DNA of 64,000 nt. It comes from Eledone cirrhosa (Eukaryota). Location of the stretch: contig OZ024740.1 of the NCBI GenBank assembly GCA_964016885.1, forward strand, positions 343,480,001-343,544,000. Direction: 5' to 3'. This document shows positions 14,611 to 29,234 of this stretch, in pieces. The notes beneath the pieces were generated by a model. The model had not been told where the DNA came from. It worked only from the letters and a program-made list of their open reading frames with translations, and did not search any database. Position 1 is the stretch's first letter. Each line of letters starts with the position of its first letter. Made by a program: the position numbers and the translations under genes.

Positions 14611-15332
14611 TCCAAGTTTGTTATCAAAGTTACTCAATCCATGACCAAGCTAGTTTTTGAAGTATGTTAGTTTTGAAGTATTTTTTTATTGGGACTGTAT
14701 CATGCGATTTGGAGAGATTTGCAACGGTGTAGAGGCTTCTTGGTTGGCTTGTTATCAACAGCGCTGAGGTTTTCAAACTTTACTAATTTATCCAAAAAGT
14801 ATATTTATACTGCTAACGCATAGTACAAGAAAATTAGCTATATAACGCCTACCAATAGAACTATAAAGTATACTTGAAACCGAGTCTTCGATAATGTTCA
14901 CAATACATGTAATTCTGACTTCATGGTACTCACATTAAACACGCACATACACACACAAAGATACACGCATAAAATATATAACTAATTTTCTAATCTAATA
15001 TATGAATATATGATTAATTTTGCACCTCTTGAAGTCGCCTTAGTCTTGCATCCTGATCGGATGATATAAACAGGCCATTGAAATACGTATTGTGTTTTTG
15101 CAACATTAAAATGTTAAAAGAATATTTGTAGTCCGGGCTTCTGTTGTTTATAAATACACCCCTCCATACATACATATATATTTATATGTGTGTGTATGTG
15201 TGTTATCAAAGAAATATGTTATCTACACACATATGACGGGCTTTATACGTTTCACTACATGACTAAACATTTCACATTTGCGCACATAAATGACAGCGCA
15301 CATACCGAATACGTGTATACTTACATACATAC

Positions 15333-15454
<122 letters not shown>

Positions 15455-15525
15455 CGTTTTTGAATTTGTTTTGCAGGATTCCTTATCTGAAAACGTATTT
15501 TGGCAGCATGACCCTCGCAAAGTAT

Positions 15526-15593
<68 letters not shown>

Positions 15594-15700
15594 TAGATAG
15601 ATAGAAGTTATTCCGGGTTGAATCGGAGGTAACCACAGCAAGTAAGGTACTCAATACATAGCAGAGTATAAAAGTTTTAATAGTCCTGTAGAAGCTCTTC

Positions 15701-15735
<35 letters not shown>

Positions 15736-15790
15736 GTATGTATGTATGTATGCATACATATATATATGTATATATATATATATATATATA

Positions 15791-15828
<38 letters not shown>

Positions 15829-16435
15829 TGTATGTATGGATACACACACACACACACACGGTGTATAACCCATTAAAGTCAATTACATTTGTCTGTAAGC
15901 CTGAGATACGTTACAAAAAAAAATTACTTACACCACACATTCAAATTTTGAGAATATACCAACCGTTATAAACTTATTCTTTCTTCTTTATTGCGTTTAA
16001 TCGACTTTTTATTTTATGTTGCTTTCCTAAAGATCTTTCGATTTGCTTCTTACATTTCGAAAACCGTTTTCCAATTTTACACCAATGTTTGCAGAAATTT
16101 GGTTTACAACTGCCACATAGATTTACAGAAAGTAATAAATGTGAGTCGCAAAGTTTTGGAGATGGCGTGAAATTAAATGATTTCGAATTCGACGAAGAAA
16201 AATATAAAACTAGATAATAATAAAGATAATGATTCATATATTTGAAGTTATGAAAAATATTATAGAACAAACGAACAAAAACAAACTGATCTGACAATTT
16301 CAATCGTACCTTTTAAATTGAAATTATGAAGAAATATTTAATTCCATGTCTTCTACAATCTTAATGTCCTTCTCGTTATTGTCGTGTGTGAGAGAGAAAG
16401 AGAGAGTATGTGTACGCATGTATATATATATATAA

Positions 16436-16490
<55 letters not shown>

Positions 16491-16591
16491 CAGGGTGTCC
16501 TCCAAAAATGTATACACGCTTTAAATACCTGTACAGACAATATTTATTAGAATGCTGTTGAAGTGTGTATACATTTTTGGAGGGAACCCTG
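16491..16591. mobile_element. Tc1/mariner-type MITE (CAGGGTG TIR family), copy 2
   Basis: CAGGGTGTCCTCCAAAAATGTATACAC / GTGTATACATTTTTGGAGGGAACCCTG, with TA on the left flank. Confidence 0.8.
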
Positions 16592-16608
16592 TGTGTATAT
16601 ATATATAT

Positions 16609-18493
<1,885 letters not shown>

Positions 18494-18503
18494 ATAATAA
18501 TAA

Positions 18504-18901
18504 AGTCTGAGACTTGGACACTGACCAAGAAACTCACTCAGATGGTGGATGGGTGCTACACGAGAATGCTGAGGTTGGCTCTGAACATTAATCAGTATAC
18601 ACTGAGGATGAAAAACTCAGAGCTGTATGGGAGCATCCCAAAAGTCAGCTCAAAAGTGACACAGAGGAGACTGAGGTTGGCTGGACATGCTCACCGACAT
18701 CCAGAGTTGACATTGCACTCAGTGCTCCTTTGGGAGCCCCTACATGGACACACTAGAAGAGGAAGACCAAGGTTAACATATGTTGATGCCCTAAGGACAG
18801 ACACTGGTCTGTTGGAGATGCAGGATATGGCAGCGATAATGAGGGACAGAGACCGCTGGAGAGAACTCGTCCATGGATCTCGGGAATTTTACCCGCCTTA
18901 G
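18504..18901 (+). mobile_element. RTE-clade LINE, 3' ORF fragment
   Basis: SETWTLTKKLTQMVDGCYTRMLR..QRRLRLAGH..RRGRPRLTYVD..DRDRWRELV is a typical RTE C-terminus. Near-identical copy at 36077-36378 (-). Confidence 0.85.
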
Positions 18902-19029
18902 ATATATATATATATATGTAATTTATTTGAAGTTGAAACTTCGCAAATTTTTATTCCGAGTTCATAAAATTTTGTGTATGCAGAGCATACATTGGAAATG
19001 TACTAGTATTATAGTGAACGCTGGTTGGG

Positions 19030-19088
<59 letters not shown>

Positions 19089-19189
19089 AACAAATAAGAC
19101 CCCGACGGCTGAGCTCAAGCCGTTTCGACGGCTAATTCTGAGTATTTTGGTGCGTTATGGTCCACTTGGTTCCTTACCACATTTCCTTC

Positions 19190-19286
<97 letters not shown>

Positions 19287-21111
19287 GTGAGTTTTTTTTT
19301 ACAAAATGAAAAATAACCGAGGTGTCCTACATGAGTGAAAGTATAAAGAAAAAAAGATTTCTGCAAAAGTTGCAAAGTGCAAAGTATAGATTGGTATAAT
19401 GTTAAATTTGAATTCTCAACATAAGAATTTTCCTAAATTTCGATGGCTCCTTTTCAGAGAGGATATTGTTGTATTCACACCGTCTTGTACTAGATAGATT
19501 TAGAAGAGGTATCTATCTTGATTTATTTTGCGAAGCAGTTTTAGGAATGACTGTTGTCACTAACCTCACCATAGTTCTCGAAGTTATCAAATATTTAGAT
19601 ACGAGTAAACTCTGCCCTTACCGAAAATTCAATGAAAGATTTTATCCCGAAGAATTCGAATTATATCCATACCCACAATATTCTACGAAATTCAGTCTCT
19701 AATATTATTAAATGTACACACTCTTATCTTTTTCAAATGAGGTAACGTTCATTATTTCTTTTCATTATAATGAGGCCCCTCGAAATACTGGCTTTACAGA
19801 TTAAATACAATGCCCAAATAGATATAACCCAACCTTCAGTTTAAACGTACAAACCTTCAAGGAATTTTAAATTTTAATGTCCTTACATTTTGCGCTACGT
19901 CATTCATTCTGTAATAATTTAATATAAATTCGATTAAAGTGATCTATTCATTTAAAAAATTGTAATTTTATTTTCCAAACCCTCCCCAGCTACAGAAATA
20001 TAAGCTCTTCTATATGTTACTGCATGACACCAAATATTTAATCCCTTAAAGTTAATTGTCATACAAAAGCTCTAATACATTGTAAAATAGATAACAATAG
20101 TATTCCCTGAAATTTTATTGGATTAACCGACAATTGCGTTATAATCAGCTTTTGAAAATGCTGTCATACTTTGAAGAATCCAGAAATAAGATTCTCACGA
20201 GGCTTATATTTTTTGTCGCGGCTGCTTTTCAAAGGAAAAGCTGACTTAACGGCTATGCTTCTCCATACATTCAATCAATCTTCGTTTAAATGTAAGCTGT
20301 AAATTTTGCTGAAGCGAAAAATCAGTCATATTATTTCGAGACATTTACGAACAAAACGAACAATCAGATATGTTAGAAAAAGATAGACACGCCTTGAATT
20401 ATTTACTTTGTAATTATGTCGTCTCAAATGGTTGATTTAAGCTGTAATGGCTGTATTGTCATAAAACAAATTTCCTTTATTACATATTATCCAGCGCTTT
20501 TTATCATTATAAACATTATTCGTTGTACGCTTATATACTGAGTTTTTGTTCAATTTGACATAATCCGTCGAGAATTGGCTCTCTGCATTATAAGTTCAAA
20601 TCCAGCCAATGACAACTTTGCATTTTATCCTTTCGGTGACGTTAAAATATGGTACTAGTTCAGGGCGGTAGATTGACGAAATTCTTAGTGCCGGACGCAA
20701 TGTTATAGCATCTTTGTTCCAGCTCTTAGCTTTCTGTGTTCAAATCCCAATCTTGCCTACTTGGGTGGTAGACTTAAACCAGCACACAGGTTAATACCAC
20801 CATCTGGGCCTTAGGTGTCATTGGTGAAGTCCACTTTTGCAAAAATTTGGACAGTTCTCCGGTTTAAGAATACATTACTTTCGCCCTCACTTTCTTTCCA
20901 CAGGGGAATTCGAGTTAAATTTCATTCATTTCTCAATTGTTGCTAGTCTGCGAATTCCTAGCCCCTGTCTCTGTCAAGTACTGAAAGCTATAATTCCCAC
21001 AACAAATCTTTACTCTAAACATACTGAGGTGCCTATTTCTAAGAGATAGCAATACCTACTACAACTTAAATACACAAACAGATACACACACATATGTATA
21101 TATAACTTTAA

Positions 21112-21220
21112 CAATTGTTTCTACTTTTTGGCACAAGGCCAACAATTATCCCAGTAAATTACTGGTACTTTATTTTATCGACCCCGTAAGGATGAAATAC
21201 AAAGTTAACCTCGGCTGGAT
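21112..21220 (-). mobile_element. tRNA-derived SINE (dominant family), 5'-truncated
   Basis: Reverse complement of the core and tail of 4036-4229. Confidence 0.85.
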
Positions 21221-21390
21221 TTAATAATAACTTTAATAATAATAACAGTGTTGCTATTATTAGGTATAAACTTTACCAAAGGGTAAAGCACGATGCAATG
21301 GGGTTAACGCAGAGTTGATATATAAAGAATAAACACACACTCACACATATGCACACACACACACACATATGCACACACATACACACATAT

Positions 21391-21522
<132 letters not shown>

Positions 21523-21886
21523 TATATAATAACCTTTATGCAATAAATACTGATGATGTCACCAGGATCTTACAGAACTTGATCAATAAAATGTACATAG
21601 TGTTTGCTATAATAAATCTTTGGAGGAATTTCACCAGGCCGGCCTCTTGTCGTTTTACTCAAAAATATATATGAAAATGTTCAAAACATTTTCCTATAAC
21701 CCACTCTACTACCCTAAGTATTGAGTACTCTGGTGCGTTATGGTCCACCTGGTTCCTTACCACACTTGCTTCGTTATATGTATATATATATATATATATA
21801 GTTATATACGGCTCGGAAAAGCCTTTTTCCTAGAGGTAACTTACTGTAATGAGACTATTTTGAGTTTCTAACTCAATACAAGCTTT

Positions 21887-21941
<55 letters not shown>

Positions 21942-21977
21942 TGAAAAATGGCGTGCTGTGTTGTTGCGAATATGAAC

Positions 21978-22110
21978 ATATAAATAAAAATAGACCGAGA
22001 AACAAGAATGTCCTTCATCAGTAGCCTGCTGATTATCGTTGGTATTTCTTCGCAATCAGCAGGCTACTGATGAAGGACATTCTTGTTTCTCGGTCTATTT
22101 TTATTTATAT
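21978..22110. repeat. perfect 57-bp inverted repeat with 19-nt spacer, containing CTGATGAAGG
   Basis: 21978-22034 is the reverse complement of 22054-22110. Set within (TA)n. Confidence 0.9.
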
Positions 22111-22115
22111 ATATA

Positions 22116-22182
<67 letters not shown>

Positions 22183-22185
<3 letters not shown>

Positions 22186-23130
22186 TATAAAGTATGTCCA
22201 TAGAATCATTTGATAATATATATACGCCATTTCCTCTCCCAATTAGCATAATTAATCACACAAAAAATCAATTAGACCAGGCTATAAGATTAAAAAGCAC
22301 CTATGAAGAAATAGTAGATAAATAACCGACAGCAATCTCTTCGCGGCCAACCGCCATAGAAGGTTTACCCAACATTTCAACAGCACGTGGAAATCGATTA
22401 AATATACCGTCAATCATACATAATTAGGTATAAAATTAAGTTAGAAGAAATGCATATACACCTACCAGGATTACGTTTCTACCCTAGGGTTTCGTTCGCA
22501 TTTGGAAATATCCTATTACGGATAAAATCTCGAGCTTTGAACTCATCAGGAAACAAACTCGTTTGGACAAATAATTTTCCTAAGTGATCACAGCCAGAAA
22601 CGAATTCAAAATGGCTAAGAATTGTGACGTGGCAGTGATCAGAAAGAATATGATTGGTTGCTTACGGCGAGTGGGCTGGTTACTAGAAAGCGCAGCCCAA
22701 TATTGCCCAAATTGCATCTCAACCTAATGGGAGATTATTAAATATAAAGATTTACATATACACAAACTAAACAAAGTCACAGATATATATGTTTTTGTTT
22801 TGGCAACCATTCACGATGTGGCTCAATGATGAATTAATAAATTAAATAATCAGAGCAATATACTATAAAGTATGTCCATAGAAACATTTGATAATATATA
22901 TACACCATTTCCTCTCCCAATTAGCATAATTAACCACACAAAAAGTCAATTAGACCAGGCTATAAAATTAAAAGGCACCTATGAAGAATTAGTAGATAAA
23001 TAAACGACAGCAATCTCTTCGCGGCCAACCGCCATAGAATATTTACCCAACATTTCAATAGCATGTGGAAATCGATTAAATATACCGTCAACCATACACA
23101 ATTATGTATAAAATTAAGTTAGAAGAAATG
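22183..23130 (-). mobile_element. non-coding head-to-tail repeat (678-bp period, ~1.4 units) with HHR; retrozyme/pLTR-like
   Basis: TACTATAAAGTATGTCC..TTAGAAGAAATG at 22183-22452 is repeated at 22861-23130. HHR at 22475-22554. (TA)n on both sides. Confidence 0.8.
22475..22554 (-). ncRNA. type I hammerhead ribozyme with extended stem II
   Basis: GUUUC CUGAUGA GUUC-(41 nt)-GAAC GAAA CCCUAGGG UA / GAAAC. Palindromic stem III and GUA cleavage triplet. Confidence 0.9.
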
Positions 23131-23309
23131 TTATATATATATATATATATAAACATAGTAAAGTATGAATTCCCACTCTGCCTTTTGTCTTTGCACACGG
23201 CACCAGACAGAATTATTTATTTTATCATTCACTCTCATCTGGGAATGGTTTTGTATGGCGTCAGTTTGTGATTTGAACTCGGGAATTTTATATTCCCCGA
23301 GTGAGAAGA

Positions 23310-23391
23310 GCCTTCTGAAGATGGTTCCCTTCTCAATGAAGATACGCGCGGATTATCCGTTTATTCTGGAACTTGAAACCGCGGTAAAGGC
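23310..23391 (+). ncRNA. type I hammerhead ribozyme with extended stem II
   Basis: GCCUU CUGAAGA U-GGUUCC-(39 nt)-GGAACU-U GAAA CCGCGG UA / AAGGC. Predicted cut after 23386. Confidence 0.88.
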
Positions 23392-23719
23392 AGATATAGT
23401 AAGTACAGCGAATTTTTTAAAGTTTATTTTAAAACTTTTTCTCTATTTGCTAGACCTTGATTTTATATAACACATATATATTATAATTACCAACATTAAT
23501 TAACGATTAGCTATTTGTAAACATTAAGGCAGATACATGGATATATTATAATTATATCTAAAAAAAAAAATAATAATGTTGACATGAAACTAGACGGCAG
23601 CCGACACAATGCTGTGCAATATCGTTATTATGTAGAATATGCAAATATATAACTCTTTTAATGACATAGAGCTCTGTCACCACTTGTTGATTGTTACAAT
23701 GTATACACACCTACTACTA

Positions 23720-23751
<32 letters not shown>

Positions 23752-23770
23752 ACTACTAGTGCTGCTGCTG

Positions 23771-23875
<105 letters not shown>

Positions 23876-24050
23876 TTACTACTGCTGCTGCTGCTGCTGT
23901 TGTTGCAACTACTACTACTACATACATACACACACACACAAACAGACACGCACACACACACGCACACACATACACACACACACAACACACACACACATAT
24001 ATATATATATATGAAATATAAGAATCAAAGAACTGTTCAAAACATTATTG

Positions 24051-24090
24051 TGCTGTTTCCTCCAAACCGAGGTTTGGATTCTTCGGAGCA
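24051..24090 (-). ncRNA. degenerate hammerhead ribozyme at the 3' end of PLE-3
   Basis: UGCU CCGAAGA A-UCCAAACC-UC-GGUUUGGA-G GAAA C AGCA. U4C change, and stem III with the cleavage site appears deleted. Confidence 0.6.
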
Positions 24091-25511
24091 ATTTATTAAT
24101 GAATGGACAGTTATATGACCTCCTTTTCAGCCAAGAGACATACCGATACATATGCAAATATTGTGGGTCAACATTCATTACAGCATTTAGAGTGGCAGTA
24201 CACACTTCGAGATTACATTCATAATAAAAGGTACAATCAAAAATCAAAAATACAGGTTAGAATACAACATGAAGATAAGCGGTTATATAGTGCAAATGTT
24301 ATATGTGAGGCAAGCACGTGCGTCTTGTTTATATAGTGTGGCAGAGAGATGCGTGTAGTAGGAGCACTTAGGTAGGTAAACAAGAGTGTTAGGTTGGTTG
24401 ATCTGGTGGCAAATTCTTTATATGATTGTTATAGTCTGTGTGTGGAGAAATGATATAAGCATTAAAAATAGTGCAAGCATTAAAAATATTAAAAGTATTG
24501 GAGATGCACAGCGAAGGGATGACAAGGACCTCATGTACTTCGACATTTTCATGGTCAGGGGAGTGTATTCTTCGATTATATGCCCCTCACACAATCCACG
24601 GCAATTCTATATTGAGCGTTTGACAATCCAGTTAGAGAATCGTAGTCTGATGTTCTTTAGTTCAATACAGGAGGCTGTTACGTTTCGCGAAACGACATTG
24701 AATACTACCCGGAAGTGTGTGTGTGGCTAAGGGGAGTTAATGCATGAGAGGAGGTAACTCCGGGGTTTCTATACCTAGCTATTGAAATGTGTCTCAACAT
24801 AGACCCTAATTTCTATGGTTATGCGCAACTTCCAAAAAATTTCTAAAGCATAAAGTGTTTTAACTATAGAGTAGTTTATTAAGTTGTGCTGAAGGTGTTC
24901 GTAGGGTGCCACAAATGAATATTATAGACGATGAGCGAGGATTCTAAATTAATGATCTCTGTGGTTGTAGTCTACTCATAGGACCAGGCGCGGTGATTGC
25001 AGAGTCACTTCAAGACACAATGATCTCTGGTAAGTTCTGGGTCATCGCTTGCTACATTGGATGTCGAAAGATAATCATCACCAGGGCCGGCCAGAGGTCA
25101 ATCCGCAGTCCTCATGACCCCATTCTGACCGTCAAATCATCCATATATGTACAACCTGCACGCCAGTTGCAATACATTCATTCTCTGCACTCAGCGTCCC
25201 GGTCCTACTGCTCAACAGCGTTACTAGATTAAATCGTTTTTCATCTGTCTAAGGAAGGCGCTTCCTCCGCACAACACTACCAAACTAATCAATTCATGCT
25301 TAAATTCCCTATAGAGCGGTGTAGTGCAGTTCAAGTGGGTGGATGTTGTCACACCTAACGTAGAGGTATAAATGGGTATTCTCCCAGCGAAGGATTCCAG
25401 AGGGATGTCGTTGTTTGTGTTATATTAGATCAGTTAGTGTTGGGTATGTGGTATAAGGTGTACCCCTGGTGTTTGATGCTAGATGTGGTGTTTGGTTCAA
25501 GTCCGACATTG

Positions 25512-26846
25512 CTATATATTGGGCTTAAAGTTTTGGAAGAAATGTCTGAAGCGGTGCTGGCAAGTTGCAAACACCTCAGATTTTTTGTTAAGTAGGTTAC
25601 GGTTGGAGAAGATAATATTGTGTGTCTCTAGTATACAGAGGTTACAAAATTTATTAGGTGGTTTGTACGAAGTCGCGCTGCCTATCACTTCCCATTTGAG
25701 TGTGTATGGTTTATTTTTAGTTTTTAGATAGTGTATGTAGCTAGATAGTGAGGTGGAGTTGGCTAGGCTGTGCTTTTTGAACGAGTGGATGTGCGAATTA
25801 TATCTGATTTTGAAGCAGTTAGAAGTGGAGCCTACATAGGTTTCTGAAGAGTTGCTAGTTGCGACGGTGCATGAGTATATGATATCCTTGGTTAGGCATT
25901 TTTTATCCAAAGGGCAGGTTCTATTAGCTCTACAGTTACAATTATCCTGTGTGTTAGTCTGCTGGTTATAATGCAGTGCAGAAGGCTGGGTGGTAGCTAT
26001 AGGATTTTGGACATTCGTGTTGTCAACCCCGGTGTTATTTCTTATACTAGTGTTATTTCTATTGTTACTGCCGTTACTATGGTTGCTTGCTACATAGGTA
26101 TTTAGAAGGTTTGCATCCTGTTGTGATTTCGTTTGTTGGAAGTAAGAATTAATTTTACTTTTATTGCTGCTAGCTATGTGGTATGCTAAGTTAGGCGTCG
26201 TAGAGTATGAGATTTTAATAGTGTTTTTGTTTAAAAGGTTATGGTACTTGTGTCCTAGAGGGAAGTTTTTATCTAGTAGTGAGAAGAAAGCCCTAGGTAT
26301 GTTGGTGGAGACATTTAGGTTGAAAGGAGGGTTGAAAAATGTATTATTTCTTCTTCTACTTTTGCTTTTAGTGTTTGGTGTGTTGTTTCTTCCTAAGGCA
26401 CCACCGTAGTTTCGGTGGTAATGGTTACTTCCGGTGGCACCCTCCGCTTTGGTGTACTTGTGGTTGCTATTCCTATTATTAGGTTTCCTCATGGACATGT
26501 TGTGCGAGATGATGTTGTAGCTATGTGTTTTCTTAGGTAGGAACTCAATTTCTATATTATGGCCGGATCTGGCTAATGCTTGATTGTAATATTGTGAGTT
26601 TTTGCTAAATATGTTTGCGTCATAGGACAGGCTAGAGATTCTATTGGATACCCCCTTAGAGATAGAGTTTAATATTGATCTAGGGTGATTAGACTTGGTA
26701 TCTACGTAAATGAGTTTTTCGTTAGGCTTATGGAAAGGTGTATATATTTTTGAGTCTAGGTATAGTGTGGCGTCTAGGAAGTTTACATTTTTAGTGTTTT
26801 TGTCCATGGTGATACTAAGGTTAAAGTTTTTGAATGTCTTATGCAA
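25512..26846 (-). CDS. PLE polyprotein fragment: RT C-terminal/thumb region + linker + GIY-YIG endonuclease
   Basis: 444 open codons: VNFLDATL..FHKPNEKLIYVDTKSNHP (PLE RT end), FFNPPFN, IKISYSTTPN, CNCRANRTCPL, DIIYSC..TYVGSTSNCFKIRYNSH, CNLCILE, LLNKKSE. Confidence 0.93.
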   Translation of the reverse strand: MHKTFKNFNLSITMDKNTKNVNFLDATLYLDSKIYTPFHKPNEKLIYVDTKSNHPRSILNSISKGVSNRISSLSYDANIFSKNSQYYNQALARSGHNIEIEFLPKKTHSYNIISHNMSMRKPNNRNSNHKYTKAEGATGSNHYHRNYGGALGRNNTPNTKSKSRRRNNTFFNPPFNLNVSTNIPRAFFSLLDKNFPLGHKYHNLLNKNTIKISYSTTPNLAYHIASSNKSKINSYFQQTKSQQDANLLNTYVASNHSNGSNNRNNTSIRNNTGVDNTNVQNPIATTQPSALHYNQQTNTQDNCNCRANRTCPLDKKCLTKDIIYSCTVATSNSSETYVGSTSNCFKIRYNSHIHSFKKHSLANSTSLSSYIHYLKTKNKPYTLKWEVIGSATSYKPPNKFCNLCILETHNIIFSNRNLLNKKSEVFATCQHRFRHFFQNFKPNI

Positions 26847-26896
26847 TTGTTATATATATATATATATTTATACAGACACGCACACACACACGCACC

Positions 26897-26935
<39 letters not shown>

Positions 26936-27185
26936 TTATACAGACACGCACACAGACACACAGACAGAGAGAAAGGGGGAGAAGGGGAGAGAGACACACA
27001 CATGTACGTACATATATGTGTTTGCATGTAAGTGACTGTGTTTGAAACGTCGTGGTCAACTTTCACCCTTCCTGTAGAAAAAATAGTACCAGTGAAATAC
27101 TGGGACGTTTTAATCAGTTGGCATGTCTCTTAAATTTCTGGACTTATATAAGGACATAGATTTTAATTAATCATTTCTTATATAG

Positions 27186-27386
27186 GCACAAGGCCAGCAA
27201 TTTTGGGGGAGGGGAAAGTCGATTAAATCGACCCCAGTGCGTGACTGGTACTTTATTTTATCGACACCGAAAGGATGAAAGGCAAAGTTAACCTCGATAG
27301 GATTTGAACTCTGAACATAAAGGGCCGTAACTCTATGCTGCAAAGCATGGTGTCCGACCCTCTACCGATACAGCCAATCCACCGTC
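27186..27386 (-). mobile_element. tRNA-derived SINE (dominant family)
   Basis: Reverse complement of the SINE consensus, including head and core. Confidence 0.85.
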
Positions 27387-27474
27387 AACTATTCTCATCA
27401 GAACCCTCATCAACTTTAGGATCATCATAAACATCGTCAGCATCAATATTCTCTATATCAGTAGCAGCATCAGC

Positions 27475-28300
27475 ATTATCATTCTCATCATCATCATCAT
27501 CCATATTGTCGTCATCATCATCATCATTATCATCAACATCCCCCTCCTCCTCCTCCTCCTCCTCCTCCGCGCCGTCCTCCCTTTACTCTTCTTCCTACTC
27601 TTCCTCCTCGTCGTCATCACCATCATCCTCATCGACGTCATTATCATCATCGTCGTCGTCATCACCCTCCTCCTCCTCCTCCTGCACCACCCCATCATCA
27701 TCATGGTCATCATAACCCTCATCATCGTCGCCGTCGTCGTCATCACCGTCATCATCACCATCATCATCACCATCATCATCACCATCATTATATTCATCAT
27801 CGCCATCATCACCATCATTATCATCATCATCATCACCATCATCGTCATCATCATCATCACCATCATTATCATCATCATCATCATCACCATCCCCATCATC
27901 ATCACCATCATCATCCTCATCATCACCATCATCATCACCATCTCCATCATCATCATCACCACCATCATCATCATCATCACCATCATCGTCATCATCACCA
28001 TCACCATGACCATCATCGTCATCATCACCATCATCATCATCACCATCACCATCACCATCATCACCATCATCCTCATCACCACCATCACCATCATCCTCAT
28101 CATCATCATCACCATCATCATCCTCATCACCACCATCACCATCATCCTCATCACCATCATCATCATCATCATCATCATGATCACCATCATCATCATCACC
28201 ATCATCATCACCATCATCATCATCATCATCATTATAATCATCATCACCACCATCATCATCATCACCATCATCACCATCATCATCACCATCATCATCAACC
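27475..28300. repeat. (CAT)n/(CAC)n trinucleotide expansion
   Basis: Seen directly; it explains the poly-M/D/I ORFs. Confidence 0.95.
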
Positions 28301-29234
28301 ACCGATGTAGTAGTAGTAGTAGTTGTTGTTGTTGTTTGCTACTACGCTGTAGTAGTCTGTAGTAGTGTTGTGTGGAAGGTTGTCAATTGAAATAGATTAT
28401 TCAACACCATATGGTACAGCTATATCTACACTCTACACTTTAGTCTGTAGTCATCCATCACTTAGTTGTATGTGTCCCTTGTGGAATGGCACGGATAGAC
28501 GAAGGAACGAACAAGCGGATGTGACACACTGTCTGCCTTTCAGACACACTGTCTGCTTTTTGCCACTCCATGTGTCACATGACCTCATTTTACTACTCTC
28601 CTTGCCAAAGTACTTTCTCTCTCCATCATTCTCTCCATCTATCTCTCCCTCCTTTGCTATATATCTCACTCTCTGCCTCTCAATCTTCTGTCTCGCTCTA
28701 CGGTACATCTCAGCTCTACCTGTCTCGCCATTTTTTCTCTTTCGTTCTCTTACTCTCGCTCTTTCTCGCACTCTTTCTCCTCCCTCCCTCCTGCTCACTT
28801 GCTCCCATTCTGTTCCCTCCTCTCATTGTCAATCTCTCTCTCTCTCTCTCTCTCTCTCCCTCTCTCTCTATCTATCTATCTCCATCTCTCTCTCTTTCTC
28901 TCAGTCTCTCTCGCCCGCTCGCTCTCTCTTTCACTCTCATTTTCTGTCTATATCTCCTTCCACTTAGCTCTTTCTCTCACTCTCTCTTGCCCCCTCACTT
29001 TCTATCTGTTTATATCTCCCCCGTCTAGCTCCTCCCCCCCCCTCTCTCTCTCTCTCTCACTCTATCTCTCCCTCTCCCTCTCTGACTATCGCTAGGTACG
29101 GGATATCGCTATTGTCATTAGTCGTCAATCACTTTCATTCCAATCATTATCATCATCATCATCGTCGTCGTCGTCGTCGTTCTCTTTATGGTCATCATGA
29201 TCATGATGATAATTATCATTGTCCTCCTAGTCGT

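Larger units (their letters stand above)
24011..26851 (-). mobile_element. Penelope-like retroelement PLE-3, 5'-truncated (RT C-terminus, linker, GIY-YIG, ~1.5-kb 3' region)
   Basis: Contains ORF 25512-26846 and a degenerate HHR at 24051-24090 near the 3' end. TA repeats at both ends. Confidence 0.85.

Noticed and set aside
21550-21590. Weak HHR-like strings (also 37606, 40854, 50537, 51883)
   Set aside because: Each lacks GAAA, stem II or stem I pairing and cannot be distinguished from chance by eye.
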